NCBI GenBank assembly: GCA_951406725.2 | Contig: OX597818.1 | Location: 17,174,001-17,238,000, forward strand | DNA length: 64,000 bases | DNA from: Octopus vulgaris | Lineage: Eukaryota | Direction: 5' to 3' | Shown: piece after piece, positions 1 to 15,423 of the stretch | How the letters are laid out: each line of letters opens with the position of its first letter | Position numbering within the stretch: position 1 is the first letter of the stretch | Position numbers and translations under genes: made by a program | The notes under the pieces: model-generated | Databases searched by the model: none | What the model was told of the DNA's origin: nothing | What the model saw: the letters and a program-made list of their open reading frames with translations, nothing else

Positions 1-1259
1 TATATTAATATCCCACACGACTCATGACTTTTGGATTACAAAACACCCAGATTCCAATTCAGAGAGATTCCCGAAAGAGTTTATTTTGGAAGGGCTCTAA
101 TAAATATTGGAGAACAACCACTTCCACTTTGATAAAGAATTGTATTTACAAATAAAAGGAACAGCCATGGTCACCAAAGTAGTGCTAAGATATGCAACAT
201 TCGTCATGGATTACCTTGAAGCAAAACTATATTCCCAGCTGCAGGAAACGTTCATTCACGATTTCACCACCTATATTAATAACATCTGGAAACGTTACCT
301 AGACAATTGCTTCATCTTCTGGGATAGAAACGAAGAAGACCTGCAAAGATTCCATTCCATCATAAACAGGCTTCACAACGCAATACAATTTACCATGGCA
401 TGCAATAGAAAGGAACTACCGTTTCTGGATATCCTTATCATTAAAGAAGGGGAAAATATCAAAACAGACCTATTTTACAAACCAACAGGCACGCACCAAT
501 ACTTAAATTTTCGATCAGCACCCTCACCCCCACATAACAAAAGAATCATTCCCTTTAACATGACAAGACGTATCTACACCATAGTAATACACCCCACATT
601 ACAAGAAAAAGTTTATATAAACTAAAATGGTTCCTTAAAAGACAAGAATATCTGGTGAACCTCATTAATACAGCCATCTCTAAGGCCCAGCACATTCCAG
701 TGACAATACTAAGAAAAACAAACCAACAAAGTAAAAAGGGAAAACCAGTTATCTCTTTTGTCGTCACAAAAAGGATAACACTAACAACCCAATAATATAT
801 AGCAGACGCCAAGCACTCAAGCTGAAAAAACTGCTCACTAAGGCGAAATTTACGTCTAACATTGAAACAGTGTAAGTTAAGAAAATACGGGGACCCTTGA
901 TGCGGAACTTGAGAATACATTGAATTGAGTGGATAAATCTCATTTAAAAACAATGAGATTTTCAAAGTTAATGCAAACCTGAATTGCAAAGCAAAAGAAC
1001 TTGATTTACAGTGCAACTTGCTCACAATGTAAAGAAGACTACATTGGTGAAACCAGAACAGGCCTACATGATAGAGTTCGTGTACATTAACAACAAATTA
1101 AAGACCCCTCTGTCAGAAACACCACTTGCAGTGAACACTTTGCATCATGCGGAAATAGAAAATTCACAATCTCCCCCTTCTTTAAGTTATAGTCCTACAA
1201 CGAACATTTCTGGAAATATAAAGAAGAATTCTTCATTAGAAAGTACGAACCACAAGTGA
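1..1259 (+). mobile_element. Decayed Penelope-like retroelement (RT C-terminal half plus GIY-YIG region), frameshifted
   Basis: ORF 107-625 has PLE RT motifs: LYLQIKGTAM, WKRYLDNCFIFW (degenerate YxDD), LPFLDILI, TDLFYKPTGTHQYLNF. Downstream frames give DYIGETR and EHFASC, typical of the GIY-YIG domain. Confidence 0.85.
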
Positions 1260-1496
1260 ACACCAAAAAATGATATTCCACCCCACCCAATAACGGGATT
1301 CTCTCATTGTTTTATTTTTTGAAGATGCATATATCCAAATATAAATGGATGACACCCACACTTTTCAATCATTCGATCATTGAAGAGAAGAACAACTCTC
1401 GGAGGTATACTTCTATTTCACTAATTCCCCTCCCCACAATGTACTTGAGTAGTGTAGATACGTATACATATGTGTGTATGTACGTGTGCATGTGTA

Positions 1497-1544
<48 letters not shown>

Positions 1545-2299
1545 TACAGGTGTGAATGCATGTGCAAATATATGGGTACGTATGAACTAGAAAATATATG
1601 TATGCATGTATGTGTATGTATATGTGTACGTATATATGGGTATATGTGTGTACATATGTATGTGTATATGTATATATATGTGTATGTTTGTATATATGTG
1701 TATATATATATGTATACTTTTTGCTTGTTTATATGTAGTTAAGTAATACATCAGCTAGCATGATCTCCTCCTCCCTCTCCCAATATAAAAACATTTCTAT
1801 CAACAAACATTCAAAGACTAATCTTATTGTTCTTTTCTCTCTCTCTCTCTCTCTCTCTCTGCGTCATCCCCTTTTTATCAAAAGATATGCATCTTACACC
1901 TCATTCACCCCATCTCAGACACACCTAAACTCTTTAACATAGAAAATAACTGAAGCGTCTCTTTACGAAATAAAAAAAGTTGATTCGGCTATAAGAGAAT
2001 TTGAAAACATATGACCATTATATTTTTTACCAAAGGTCAACTATTCAAATGGAACCAGCAGGGGAACGACTTCACAAGCCCTTCATAAAACACTCTTTCA
2101 ACAACTCACCACCTCCCAACTGCACCCTCAATCAATTATCTTGTTTTTACCATTCACTATTTTCTTTCAGTCCTTGTTCATCAACACTCCTTCACCCCCA
2201 CAGTTATTAACAAACCCCAACCCCACCCCAGAGAAACCCAAATCCCTTATATATAGAATCACACAATACAACACAAACTGAAATCAGTTGGACAACTGC

Positions 2300-2820
2300 C
2301 ACCGACGAATGCAAGAAGGGGTCGACAGGAATGTCGATCAGACGCAGATGTACGGTCCACACACAACTTGATATCCTCCCCACAATATCGCCAGATATGT
2401 CTTAGTGAACACATTGACAGATGTGCAGAACAACTGCAACCACAATTCCTAATCTTCTCATTATATCATTTTGCTATTTGGATCTCAACACAAGTACGAC
2501 AAAATAAAGAGGCCTCATTTATGGAAAAATATGAGCCGGAATTAAATATAAACCCATACTGAAAATTAAAGATTTAACCCAACTGTTGTAAGAATCAAAT
2601 GTAAACCAATATAGAAAATTGCAGATTTACCTCTCCTTTACTGTAAAATACCATGGTTACTAATTATTCTCCCAAGCAAACAAAATGTCTAATTCAGAGA
2701 TTCATCCAAAACTCATAATTTGAAAAGCGATAACGAAACTGGTCATTATGATGGAAGAAAATCTTATTTTGTACAATATTATATAATACTTTTACTATTA
2801 TGATTCTAATATATTCTTTT
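2300..2820 (+). mobile_element. Penelope-like element 3' end (GIY-YIG C-terminus plus 3' UTR with hammerhead-like motif)
   Basis: ORF 2368-2562 (LSEHIDRC...RQNKEASFMEKYEPELN) matches the PLE endonuclease C-terminal pattern. Hammerhead-like motif at 2713-2751. Confidence 0.65.
2713..2751 (+). ncRNA. Minimal type I hammerhead-like motif, U3-A8 core variant, partly decayed
   Basis: Stem I TCATAAT/ATTATGA; core TTGAAAA; stem II GCGATAAC; GAAA; stem III CTGG; TC cleavage site. Confidence 0.5.
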
Positions 2821-2861
2821 GTCTATTAAAAAAAATCTGTTTTTCATCTTATTTCTTTCCG

Positions 2862-2945
<84 letters not shown>

Positions 2946-3345
2946 CGTGCGTGTTCGCGTGCATGCGTGTGTGTGTGTATGTATGTATGTATATATATAT
3001 ATTAGCAACTCAAACAGCAGCCTCTGTAACAAATATTAATTAGCTCATCATAATCAACTTGAATGCGTTGTTTACTGCGCTTAGGACTACAGTAAACTTC
3101 CCGAGGAATCTCGTATAGAAGACAAATGTTAAAAAACAGATATTAATTGGTGATATTTCGTCTGCAAGGCGGTTGACGCTGTTGTATCCCGTGATTTCAC
3201 TCTGCTGCGGATCGTCAGCAACAGTCAGCCAAACAACGAATGCGAGACCGAAAATCATCCTACATTTGAGCTCTAGCATTTGTCGTTTACTTACACTAGA
3301 TAAATTTACCACAGTACTAGTCTTAATAAATCATACATCTAGGTT

Positions 3346-3379
<34 letters not shown>

Positions 3380-4208
3380 CGATCGATAGATAGATAGATA
3401 GATAGATAGATAGCTAGATAGATAGATAGATAGATAGACATAGACATACAGATAGATAAATGTAAGTATATATACACACTCACATACAAGCGCAGGCATG
3501 CATACACACATTCGCACACACACACTCGCACACATACACATACACACACACTCACACACACACAAGCATGGAATTAAATCGAGTACCATTTGCATATGTG
3601 GCTTGCAAAATAATTGACAGATTGTTGAAAAATGTCGAGTCATAAATGTACGTATTTGTATCTCGTATGTATGCATGTGTGAATACATGTGATTCACTGC
3701 AGTTCAAGGTTGTTAGCTAGGTAAGTTTTATTTATTCTTGTACAGCAGTACAGTGTCATTGTTGTCAAAATGTAGCTGGGAAATTAATCTATATAATCAA
3801 GTTTCACAGAACAGTCAAGATAAATATACTTGTGAATGCAATGCAAGTCATTGTGAAAATACTGTCTGGTTAATAAGTACGTAGTGAAATTTTTGATACA
3901 TTCACGTACATAAAAATTTTCAGGTAGACATATATACGCGCAAATTTAAACAAGTAAAGAGATATATAGACACATACATACATACATACATGCCTGCATA
4001 CATACATACATACATACATACATACATACATACATACGTACACTAAAGTATGTATACACACAAAAACAGGTTTATATATAAACACAAGTTCATGCACACA
4101 CATGCATATAGATATACTCACAAGCACACGTACATATATACATACATATATACATACAGGCAAGCACACATACATACGCTCAGATAGACGTCTACACATA
4201 AACACACA

Positions 4209-4283
<75 letters not shown>

Positions 4284-4917
4284 GCACAGCATATATATGC
4301 CCCAGCATGGCCACAGCTCATGAGCTGAAACTGGAAAAATCAAAATCAAAATCATACTTACGTACATACATATATGCATAGATATACATACGTACAAAGA
4401 GTACATATGAACTTACACACATGCGCACATACTACACATACCTGCATAAATACATATATACAAACGTACATGCATACATACATATTTGCAAATATGCATG
4501 CATACATACATGCATGTATATATTCAGACACATATTCATATATACATACATACATACATACATACATACATACATACCTAAACACAGACATACACACACA
4601 TACATACATACAGACAGACAGACAGACAGAGAGGCAGACAGAGAGGCAGACAGAGAGGCAGACAGACAGACGCGTGCAAACACACACACACAGATTGACT
4701 TACAGAATGACAGACAGTCAAAGAAATAAAATACTTCTCATTCAGAATATCCAGATTTTTTTTACCATTCTCTTCTGGAGTAAGATTATATGAGGGCTGA
4801 ACAGATGAGAGGTGAGGCAGGTGATCCACTTGTCATGGGTTTATGAACTGGAAGGAACCCACTCCCCACCAATAAAAACAAAGGGAGGTCCCTTTTTGTA
4901 AAGAAGTACGTTTCTAT

Positions 4918-4958
<41 letters not shown>

Positions 4959-5006
4959 CAATAATAATTCTCTAAAAGGAGAGATATAGACAGTAACTGC
5001 TCGATA

Positions 5007-5407
<401 letters not shown>

Positions 5408-5945
5408 TACAACTTATAAATAAGGGCTAAAGAAAATTATTTCAATGCCAATATGCTGATAACAGACTTTTAAATCGTTAATTTCCACATATTATTTATA
5501 TATCGCTACAGAAAAAAACACGAAGAACTGAAATCGGATAAATTATTGTATTTGATTTATTTAGTATATTGTATTACATCAGGGGCATTACTTGTTCATG
5601 TATGTGCTTGCGAGCATATATATTTGCATATATATTTGCATATATATTTGCATATATAAAGAAGACAACAAACGTAAAACGTTAAGACAATGCAAATATC
5701 TCAAGTCTTATACATTATTATTATTGGAAAAAATTCAGTCTTACCGCTGTTTCTGTGATATCCCAGAGTATCAGATATACCTATTTGTCTCCGATGACGC
5801 AGTATCCCATACTCAGGGATATGCAATGGCTCCATAACAACCGTTTCGGCTATAACCTTGGAGCCCTAGTAATCCGTTACACCATTTACCAAGTGTCCCC
5901 AATTCGTTTAGATCACCTGTGTACTAGACCCCCCTTATTTTGTGA

Positions 5946-6006
<61 letters not shown>

Positions 6007-6236
6007 TGTATATGCAGAAACATATATCGTAATGCATTAATTAAATATAAATTTCAATGCATAGATAATATTCGTCAGTACTATATTTATACTAAGTTGT
6101 AAGGAGTTCCGCATCTATAAGCATCCCATATTAGTATTCTGGAATTGGGAATAACAGGCGGTAGCCGACAAGAAGAAGCATATGAGCATTTACTAGCGCA
6201 TTTAGAAGCATTTGCCCTAAACAAACTAAAATGATA

Positions 6237-6284
<48 letters not shown>

Positions 6285-6350
6285 TGTAAATATATATATT
6301 ATATGTAAATATAATATATATACGCATATATATATATATATATACATGTG

Positions 6351-6412
<62 letters not shown>

Positions 6413-6451
6413 CATACATATATAATGCATACATACACACACAAGCGTGGG

Positions 6452-6620
6452 TAGGCGCTGGCGTGGCTGTGGGGCAAGAATTTTGCTTCCCAACCACATG
6501 GTTCCGGGTTCAGTCCACTGCGTGGCACCTTGAGCAAGTGTTCCCTACTATATTCTCGGGCCGATCAAGGCCTTGTGTGTGGATTTAGGAGTGGGGCGGA
6601 AACTGAAAGAAGCCCATCAT
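6452..6620 (+). mobile_element. tRNA-derived SINE family A, 5' part (many copies in window)
   Basis: GGCGTGGCTGTGGGG...GGTTCAGTCC A/B-box-like head. Related copies at about 7230-7410, 11190-11400, 41200-41380, 42290-42840, 49772-49930, 50380-50590, 52300-52620 and 59820-59960. Confidence 0.7.
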
Positions 6621-7476
6621 ATAATATTTACATATTCGTTATTAGAGGCCGAAATAGTATTAGTTCAAAATAGCACTCTGTATGTCTTTTTTAATGTGGA
6701 TATACTGTTAAAGAAAGTCTTGAGAAAGCGTGCAGAAGAGTATCGATCACACGCTACACACCTTCCAAGCCATGCACTGCTGTAAACAGCGGAAGTGAGC
6801 TAGAATGTTAAAACATTGTGCACATGCACAGCAGAGCACAAGGTCAATCTGTGCCTAGCGGTTTTACACTGCGTGCTTTAGCTTCGTTACTATAGCAACA
6901 GTCCAGATACTTATTGATTAGATCCCGTATGTATAAATGTGTAGTATATGTATATATGTATACATGTACAGACATACAGACAGACTGCAGACAGACAGAC
7001 AGACAGACAGACAGACAGTGTTATATATGAAATTAAATGTTTGTAGATATTTATGTAGGAGTGGTAACTGTGGGTGGTGAAGTGAACATCACAGCGGCTA
7101 CAAACTGTACCCCTTGTAAGGTCAGGTAGGGTAGTGTTCACTTTTAGTATTTTTGCTTCGTTTTGTATGTTGTCTGGGAGCGTGATCTATGAGCAACCTG
7201 TTAAATATATACTTTAACATTTTTCATTTTTTGCTTGTTTCATTCATCAGACTGCGACCATTCTGGAGCATCGCTTTGAAGAATTTTAGTCTAATGAATC
7301 AGCACCAGGACTTATATCTTTTGAAAGCCTGGTACATATTCTAGCGGTCCATTTTGCCGAACCGCTAAGTTACGGGGACGTAAACACACCGATAGCGGTT
7401 GTTAACCGGAATCGGGTGACATAGATAGAAAGACACTCACACACACACACACACACACACTCATATATATACATAT

Positions 7477-7520
<44 letters not shown>

Positions 7521-7524
<4 letters not shown>

Positions 7525-7878
7525 CGGAGATGTACTTGCATAGCAAGTGATTTGATCTGAGATCGTGTGCTGAAACGAAAACAATTGCAGCGTGGAAGGT
7601 GTTTGTAAGCCATTTAAGAAACGACGGAAAGAAATTAGAAGGCGTCGACAGCGGAACAGAGCGTGACTGCCGAAGCCAACAGCGAGGTAGGAAGGAAGAG
7701 AGAAATATCATGGAGCCCGCAAAGCGTGCAAGCACCGTCGGCCGAGCGCCATGTATGTCGGGCCGGCGCCGGCAGGTCATTGCGCGGTCGGCAGTAGCAT
7801 TTAAATGTTGAAGTGAATCGAACGGCTTTTGTGTGTTTCTTAAATGGTTTATAAAGACCTTCCACGCTGTAATTGTTT
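7521..7878. mobile_element. Fold-back element with ~43-bp inverted ends and GC-rich interior; same family as 51100-51457
   Basis: 7521-7622 is near-identical to 51102-51203. Inverted arms 7580-7622 and 7835-7877. Flanked by (TA)n. Confidence 0.7.
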
Positions 7879-8640
7879 ATATATATATATATGTTACTCA
7901 CGTTTCCGTACCATCTCCATTTGCAAAGCCAGTTTATACGAAAATTCTAAAGCAAAACTTACGTAGCCTATGCGATTTTGGGCATTGGTGAGGTACTTCT
8001 TCAGACTTGCATCAAAGTCATACTCTTTCATTGTGTGTCTATCAAACCTTGTTATTATGAAAGTATCGGGAGGAAAGAAAAAGGGAAAAGATGAAGTGTT
8101 GTTGCGGGATCGGTCTGTGGGGAAGAAATTGTGTTGGTGGTGGGGGAATCAAGAGGGTAGATACGTATGAAAATAGAAGAAAGGGAAGGCGGGGAAGAAA
8201 ACGAATATAAGAAGACGAAAGAGAAGAAGAAGAAGAAGAAGAAGAAGAAGAAGAAGAAGAAGAAGAAGAAATAGTGTGTCAACTGGTACTGGCAGGGTCA
8301 TTGTTACCAAGATTCGTCCGATGGAATATTATGTATTTAACCACACAACTTAAAGTGAAAAGATCTATAACATAGATAACTAGACAATTGTCCGGAGTCA
8401 AAGGATGAGGGTGTAGGCTGGACCTGAAATATATAACTTTACAGTGTTTCGGTACTGGGAGTGAGGTACAAGTAGTAATAATAGAAGACGAACATACATA
8501 CAGAAATGCAGATACACCCTCCCACACACACAAACACACTCGCGTATACACAAACACACACACTCACATACGCACGCACACACACACACGGACTCACACA
8601 ACATATATATATACGAGTATATATATATATATATATATAT

Positions 8641-8920
8641 CACCGTGACCGACCAGGCTATCAGATGTTGCTACACATCGCTAGTCACAATGCGCTTCGC
8701 ATTGTTTTAGCCTTCAAATGACGCCACCCTGCTGGCTAAGCGAGTAGGCCAACAGAAGAAAGAGTGAGAGAAAGTTGTGGCGAAAGAGTACAGCAGGGAT
8801 CGCCACCACCCTCTGCCGGAGCCTCGTAGAGCTTTAGGTGTTTTCGCTCAATAAACACTCACAACGTGATCCTACGACCGCGCGTCCACTGCCCTAACCA
8901 CTGGGCCATTGCGCCTCCAC
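8641..8920 (-). mobile_element. tRNA-derived SINE family B
   Basis: Minus strand starts GGAGGCGCAATGGCCCAGTGGTTAGGGCAG (A-box-like). Near-identical copy at 45675-45976 keeps the B box GGTTTCGATTCC. Confidence 0.8.
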
Positions 8921-8984
<64 letters not shown>

Positions 8985-9641
8985 GCATATATATTTATAA
9001 TAAATCCATAAATGCATAGATACAAAGGGACTACCACACAATCGTATAGGTATATCAGTACATCCATATAGACACGTATACATGTACATACATACATACG
9101 AGCATACATTCTTACATACATACACATATACATGTGGACCGGTGCTATATAAGTATATGAGAGATTTTTTCGATCCGTTTGCCCGAATATTGTTGAATCT
9201 GTTATTTTCAGTGTTAAGTTTTGGTGGTCCAAATGAGTATTTTAACTCTCATCTCTAGCGGGTAGACACTTTAATGTGTCCTTATGGTGTAAGCCCTTTT
9301 TGTTGGTTCCCTGTCCTGTTATTCATTATTTGTACTGTTTTTTCTACTGTCTTTTCTTCATTTGTATTGCTTTTACGTCCTGTCCTTGTCACTTGTTTTA
9401 CCCCTCTGCAAAAGAATTTTATTTAATTCCTTTTGCAGGAAAGATTGCTTCGGCATGGCCGTGTTCTGTCCTTGCCTTCGAAACACACATAGAGCCGAAC
9501 CAGGGGCAGCTGATGAAGGGAAATTTTCCTTGTATTGTTTGTCCTGTACTCTGTTTTTTCGTTGTTAAAAAAAGTCCGTTTCCTTGTTTGATTTTGTTTT
9601 CGTTTCTCGTTGTGTTCTACGTGAATTTGTGGTGTCCTGTA

Positions 9642-9672
<31 letters not shown>

Positions 9673-9779
9673 GCTTGTATATATGCATGTAGATGTAAGT
9701 ATGTACATATATGTATGTATATATGCATATATTTCATTTATTTATTATATTGTTATATATATATATATATATATATACG

Positions 9780-10181
9780 AGCTAAATGCCCCCGTCCGAT
9801 GGACGGTGCTGAGTTGTCAAACATTTAAGCCAAATTTTCTCAAAACAACTTGTCCAACCATCCTATAGGCCTCCCCTTTGGGAAACACTGATTTAACCTA
9901 AATTTGAGACGCCAGCAAAAGAAGAAATAAAGATAGCCTTTTTCTCACGTACGCGTAGTATCGATCGCAGCAGCTGATGTACTTGCGTGTACAAATGCAC
10001 ATTCCCACGGCTTTATCGATCGCATTCTCACCTGGAATCGATTTTTGTAATTTTTTCAAGATTTATACACGCCCTGATACCGTCGGTATCTACATATCAA
10101 ATTTTGCGCAATCGGATGGAGGATGCCCGAGATCATAGAAGACACACACACAGACAGACAGAACGGATTTTATATAATAGA
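9780..10181 (-). mobile_element. Non-autonomous Helitron-like element
   Basis: Minus strand begins TC and has a subterminal hairpin CCGTCC-ATC-GGACGG. Second copy at about 43515-43883; related end at about 61550-61890. Confidence 0.55.
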
Positions 10182-10868
10182 TGAATTCTTGCGTATCAGT
10201 GTATGAGTGTGTACCCGAAGGCGTATGAAGTGTTTAAGATAGCTTTTATCTTCCATGTGAGACAATAAGTCAATGTTGAAGTAACGAAGGAGACATATAA
10301 CCTGAGAGTAAAGGTCTCGTATTCCGTCAAAGTTCATATACATTGCCTTATCAAAGCCGCTGTTGAAATTGTGGTTCGCACATCCGCTACAGTCACACAA
10401 TAACACACAGATATATACACACACGCACATATATCCGTTATATTTCTCCTTACTTTAGGCCTACATTTTCAAAATTGTTACGAGAATTCACGAGATTTCT
10501 AAATGCACCAATTTCCTTTTGTTTAGGTCAAGATAACATTCATGTGACACCACAATCGTAAGAGGCTTTTCCTCTTCTTTCCCCCGTTTTGTTCTTCGTT
10601 TGTATGTTGGTTGGTCTTACATGTCAGAAAACCATGTCTGGCATTGAATCAAAGTATAACGGTAATAACTAACTATTAGACTAATTGACACATTTTAACT
10701 AGTTTATCATAGCTGCCAATTTCAAAGCAGACGATTGTGCGAAAATTCTAATTTGATCAAAAATAAAACCTCAAATAAAAATAAGTTTCTTCTTTTTTTT
10801 CACTTTTCATTTCTTATCTCTGCAGTTCATATGTGTATATACATACATACATACATACATACATACAT

Positions 10869-10908
<40 letters not shown>

Positions 10909-10929
10909 ATATACATACATACACACACA

Positions 10930-10960
<31 letters not shown>

Positions 10961-11065
10961 CTGTATATGTGCATGTATATACACATATGTATATATATAT
11001 GCACGTATGTATATGTGTATATATGTGTATAATGTATATTTATTTATGTGTATATATATATACAC

Positions 11066-11115
<50 letters not shown>

Positions 11116-11789
11116 GCACACACATACATACACGCGCGCGGGCACACCCACACATACACATGCATACGTTTGTACGTGTCCTTGCATTTGTGTTTGCATC
11201 CCCATCATCGCTTGACAACCGGTGTTGGTTTAGTTACATACCTGTGTCTCAACGATTCAGTAAAAGAACAGACATCAGCCTTTGCCAAAAAGTAAGCGCT
11301 GGGACGATTTGTTCAACTAAACTCTTCAAGAAGTTACCCTAGCATAGTCGCAATCCAATGACCGGCAGAAATAAAAGAAAATAAAAAGATAAAAGATAAA
11401 GTATATAACAAAAATAAGCCAAGAAAAATAACTCCAAGTAACCAGCGACAAGAACAACAACAACAGCAACAAAAAAACATGAAATAGTCATGCTAAATAT
11501 TGCTTGGAGGGAAGACAGACAAACACCTAACGACAATGTCAACTGATTCCGAATGGGAAGTGGAGATAATCAAAAGCATTAATATCCCATGAAGGAAAAG
11601 ACCATCAGTTTTGTTGTTGGTTTTTATTCTGAAGAGTAAAGGAATGTTTTAAATGCGTTTCTGTCTCAAAAGGCGTCATCAACATGATATCACATATAGT
11701 ATGTATGTCTTTGACACACAACAATATTACTCAATATAAGATAATTTATAGGTAAAAATTAATTTGATTGAGAGTAATAGTTGAATAAA

Positions 11790-12130
11790 GTGTAAAGATC
11801 CCCTTCGGTCATGAATGACCAAATGATTGCATCTAGAAAGTTCCCTTCGAAGGCATAAATCCGGGTAAGGTGTGTATGGGAGACCAGCAGTTGCCCTTGC
11901 ATACAAGCCTCCCCTTTCCACGCCACCGATATTATCTCAAGAGAAAGGCAAAGGCCAATACAGCTTGGCACCAATGACGTCGCAATTCATTTCTACAGCT
12001 GAGTGAACTGGAGCAACGTAAAATAAAGTGTGTTGCACAACAACAAAGCACACAGCCCGACCCGGGAATCGAACTCACTACCTCATGATTTCGATCCCGA
12101 TACTTTAACCACTGAGCCATGTGCCTCCGC
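11790..12130 (-). mobile_element. tRNA-derived SINE family C
   Basis: Minus strand has TGGCTCAGTGG (A box) and GAGTTCGATTCC (B box), then a body. Related head at about 63728-63830. Confidence 0.75.
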
Positions 12131-13159
12131 ATAATAGTATATATGATAAATAAATAAAGCTTGTATCTCTTTCGGCTCTTTACATTCAGCAATCAAATCT
12201 TGCGAGATCAACTTTAACCGTCAAACACCGGCCTCGATGATATCAAATGCTAAGACAATTCCAACTGGAATATTTGAATTTGCCAGTGTGAACATGAAGC
12301 AACAACAATGGGTTGTCCACATTTTATCTCGATAGAGTGTTCATTAGAGGATAGAGATAATGCAAGGTGTTCATAATTGAAGTGGTTGGTTACATAGTCC
12401 ACAAATTTGTGATCTGTATAATCAACTTACATAGGACTCATAGACATGGACCTAGCTACTAGAAGCTGAATGCACCTTTGACGGCACGTAAAAAGCTACA
12501 GCGACTGGATTAATGATCTTGTCAAGCAGACGTCAAGAGGGTAATCGTTAACAACCGGTGGTGGGGCACTCTGAAGGGGGCGATTAAATATGAGTTGACT
12601 ACGTTTAGTAAATAGTTGATGATAGAGTAAGATAGATTACAGAAGGAGTTAGACTGCAAGTTGGAAGAAGTGGATAACAAACGCATCGCAACCGAACTAG
12701 ACCTCGTGCCTAAAAACAAGAAAGAACGAAAGACATCCGATGGTTATGACTGGTGGAGGCGCACGTTGCAACAAAGTCACAATTTTGTCTTTGATGTACA
12801 AAATGGTCACGTGCATTTCTGTTCCAACAGCTGTGTGCGACGTTCGAGCAACTTTTTGCTCGACTGTTCGGTGCCAGTGATAAGCCAGAGGCAGTTATGA
12901 ACCTCACTGTGTATCTCAACTGCTTGTCGCTGCTCTCAGCGGAAGACATAAGTCACCGCGAAAGACCAATAAGTTCAATTGCAATACTAGAGATTTGTGC
13001 AAGTGACAAATCGTACGATTTGGAATAGAAGATATTCCATAAGAGTTTTATGATTATATGTCTGATTGTTTGGTGATCTTTTAGCCAACGTCGACCGCAA
13101 CTGGCAGCACAAAGGGTGAATTCTCAATTCTGTAAGCCGTGATGTGTAACGCTACTGTG

Positions 13160-14313
13160 AATTGATGACGGTGAACTTTCTCTGACGGTGAACTTTCCCT
13201 GACGGTGAACTTTCCCTGACGGTGAACTTACCGGACATGGTTTCTATAATCTAAAGGTCCAACTTTGTCACACTTATAGGAAAGTTCAGCTCATAACCCT
13301 GCTAAATACAAAGATTAAGATTTCGGCCAAGGGGTAGTCAAATATGATGTTTCTCGTCGTTGAAGTGTAAATGTGTGCGATCTCTAACAGATACATCTAC
13401 AACAACCTCCAGCTCAATCGATATATCATAAAAGAGATGGCTTACAAATCAGGCTTTGATGGTGCTCTGATCAATTTAGATAGTCGAAAGAGATATGACG
13501 AACTGTAAAACTATCTAACAAAACTATCGGACAGAAAACTATCAAACGAAAAAAATATGATACGAGTTCCATAAGACGACAATTCATCAACGACAAATAT
13601 TTAAATCATTTAAAGTGAAGTAAAGAAGCTAAAATCTCAAATGGAAGCAATAAAAGAAAATGAAACCATTAGAAAATGGAGAAATAGGATCGTAGAAAAA
13701 GCAACAGATTTCTATCAAAAACATATAATCCGGTGAATTGTCCGATCATATTACTAATAGCCAAAAGACTTAGACTTATACAAAAAAGAGTAGGAAACAT
13801 TTATGGCCTCCGTAATTTGCAGAATTCAAACAAAAATTAACTAAGAAAAATAACTCAAAGTGACCAGTGACATATATTTGAACAACATAGACAAATACAA
13901 GCATGCCAAATAACAAACAACGAATACTCTTCATTTATTAAAATTATCTCCACCTCTAGAGGATGTGGCACAATTGCCAAACAGCACTTAAGACCAGCTC
14001 CATATGGGAAGGAGGGATAATCTCAAGAATCAAGGAATTTTCCTGTATTGACATGGTGGACTATTCCTATAGATTACAGGTAAGTTCACCACCAGTAATT
14101 CATCGCAGGGAAAGTTCGCCCCCATCAGTTCACCGTGAGGAAAGTTCACCGCGAGGAAAGTTTACCGAGAAAATATATCCACAGTATATCACCATTAACA
14201 ATTAAAATCTATATTATTGAAAAAAAAAAATGACCCAAAAACTGGTGAATTGACGACGGCGAACTTACCGGATATGATTCCTATAATTTAAAGGCCCAAC
14301 CTTATCACACTTA
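13160..14313. repeat. Element with short subterminal repeats (GACGGTGAACTT..) in inverted orientation and ~60-bp direct repeats
   Basis: Four GACGGTGAACTT units at 13167-13229. Inverted AAGTTCACC-type units at about 14080-14170. 13218-13277 repeated at 14255-14313. Confidence 0.5.
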
Positions 14314-14906
14314 TGTCAGTCTGAGAGTACATGAGACTTATGCTATAAGTACACGTGTGTGTATATGTGTGTATGTATGTATGTATGTATGTATGTATGT
14401 ATGTGTGTGTTGGAACATACAACTACTTTTCATGCCAATTCAACGATCAGGCTGTCCATTTAATCGTACACTAAACGTTTATACGTCAAAAAGTGAGATG
14501 AGAGTGCCTATTAAAATTGTTGTTGCTGTTGTAGTAATCGTTGTTCCTATTGTCAGTGTGCGCAACGAATGGTCAGCTTTACAGTTTCGTTGTTTACAAA
14601 GTATGTTTGTGTGGTTTGGGTATGAATGTGAGTGCGTGTTTGTGTCACTGTATCGGCGTGAGTGTGTGAAGGTGTAAGAAGAACTTGTGTTAATTAACTA
14701 GGTTCGCCGTAATTAAATCTAGTAATTTACTCAGACTTTTACGAAGTGAATTAAAATATAATGGATTATAAAATAAAAATTGCGTAGAAACGGCAATGAT
14801 GTGTTACCTCCACCCCACTATTATTAGGTTCTTCACCCTCTAATTTTCTTATTCCCAGACATATGCTTGCATACACACACACATATACACAGAGGGAGAG
14901 GAGAAA

Positions 14907-15009
<103 letters not shown>

Positions 15010-15423
15010 ATATATATATACATATATACATATAAACATATGGATACATACATACATAAATATTAATTTACTTGCCAGTAAAGCAAGACAGTCTTGGAAT
15101 ATAAGTAGACACGTTGGATTCTCTCTGAAATAACAACGCCAAACTTGTTCTGGGTCAAAGAGAAATGGACCCCAAACAAACAACTATAACAAAGGCAACA
15201 ACCACAACAACAAAGACAACAACCACAACAACAGTAACGACAATACCATCAACAACAATAAAATTACCAACAACAGAAGTACCAGCGAAGAAGACAATAG
15301 CCACCGCATTAGCTGAAGTAACACGGACAACGACGGCATATTACCACGTCCAGCACCAACAAAAATAACCATTGTAAAGAGAACAACAAGAAAACAAAAG
15401 AAGGCAACATTAATAAGACGATA

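Noticed and set aside
5735-5820. Hammerhead-like motif on the minus strand (CTGAGTA...GAAACAGCGGTA)
   Set aside because: Positions 3 and 8 cannot pair and stem I is missing. Too degenerate to call.
7895-8030. Hammerhead with long stem II on the minus strand (CTGAAGA-AGTAC...GTACG-GAAACG)
   Set aside because: The cleavage position would be UG, which is disallowed, and no stem I is evident. At best a dead relic.
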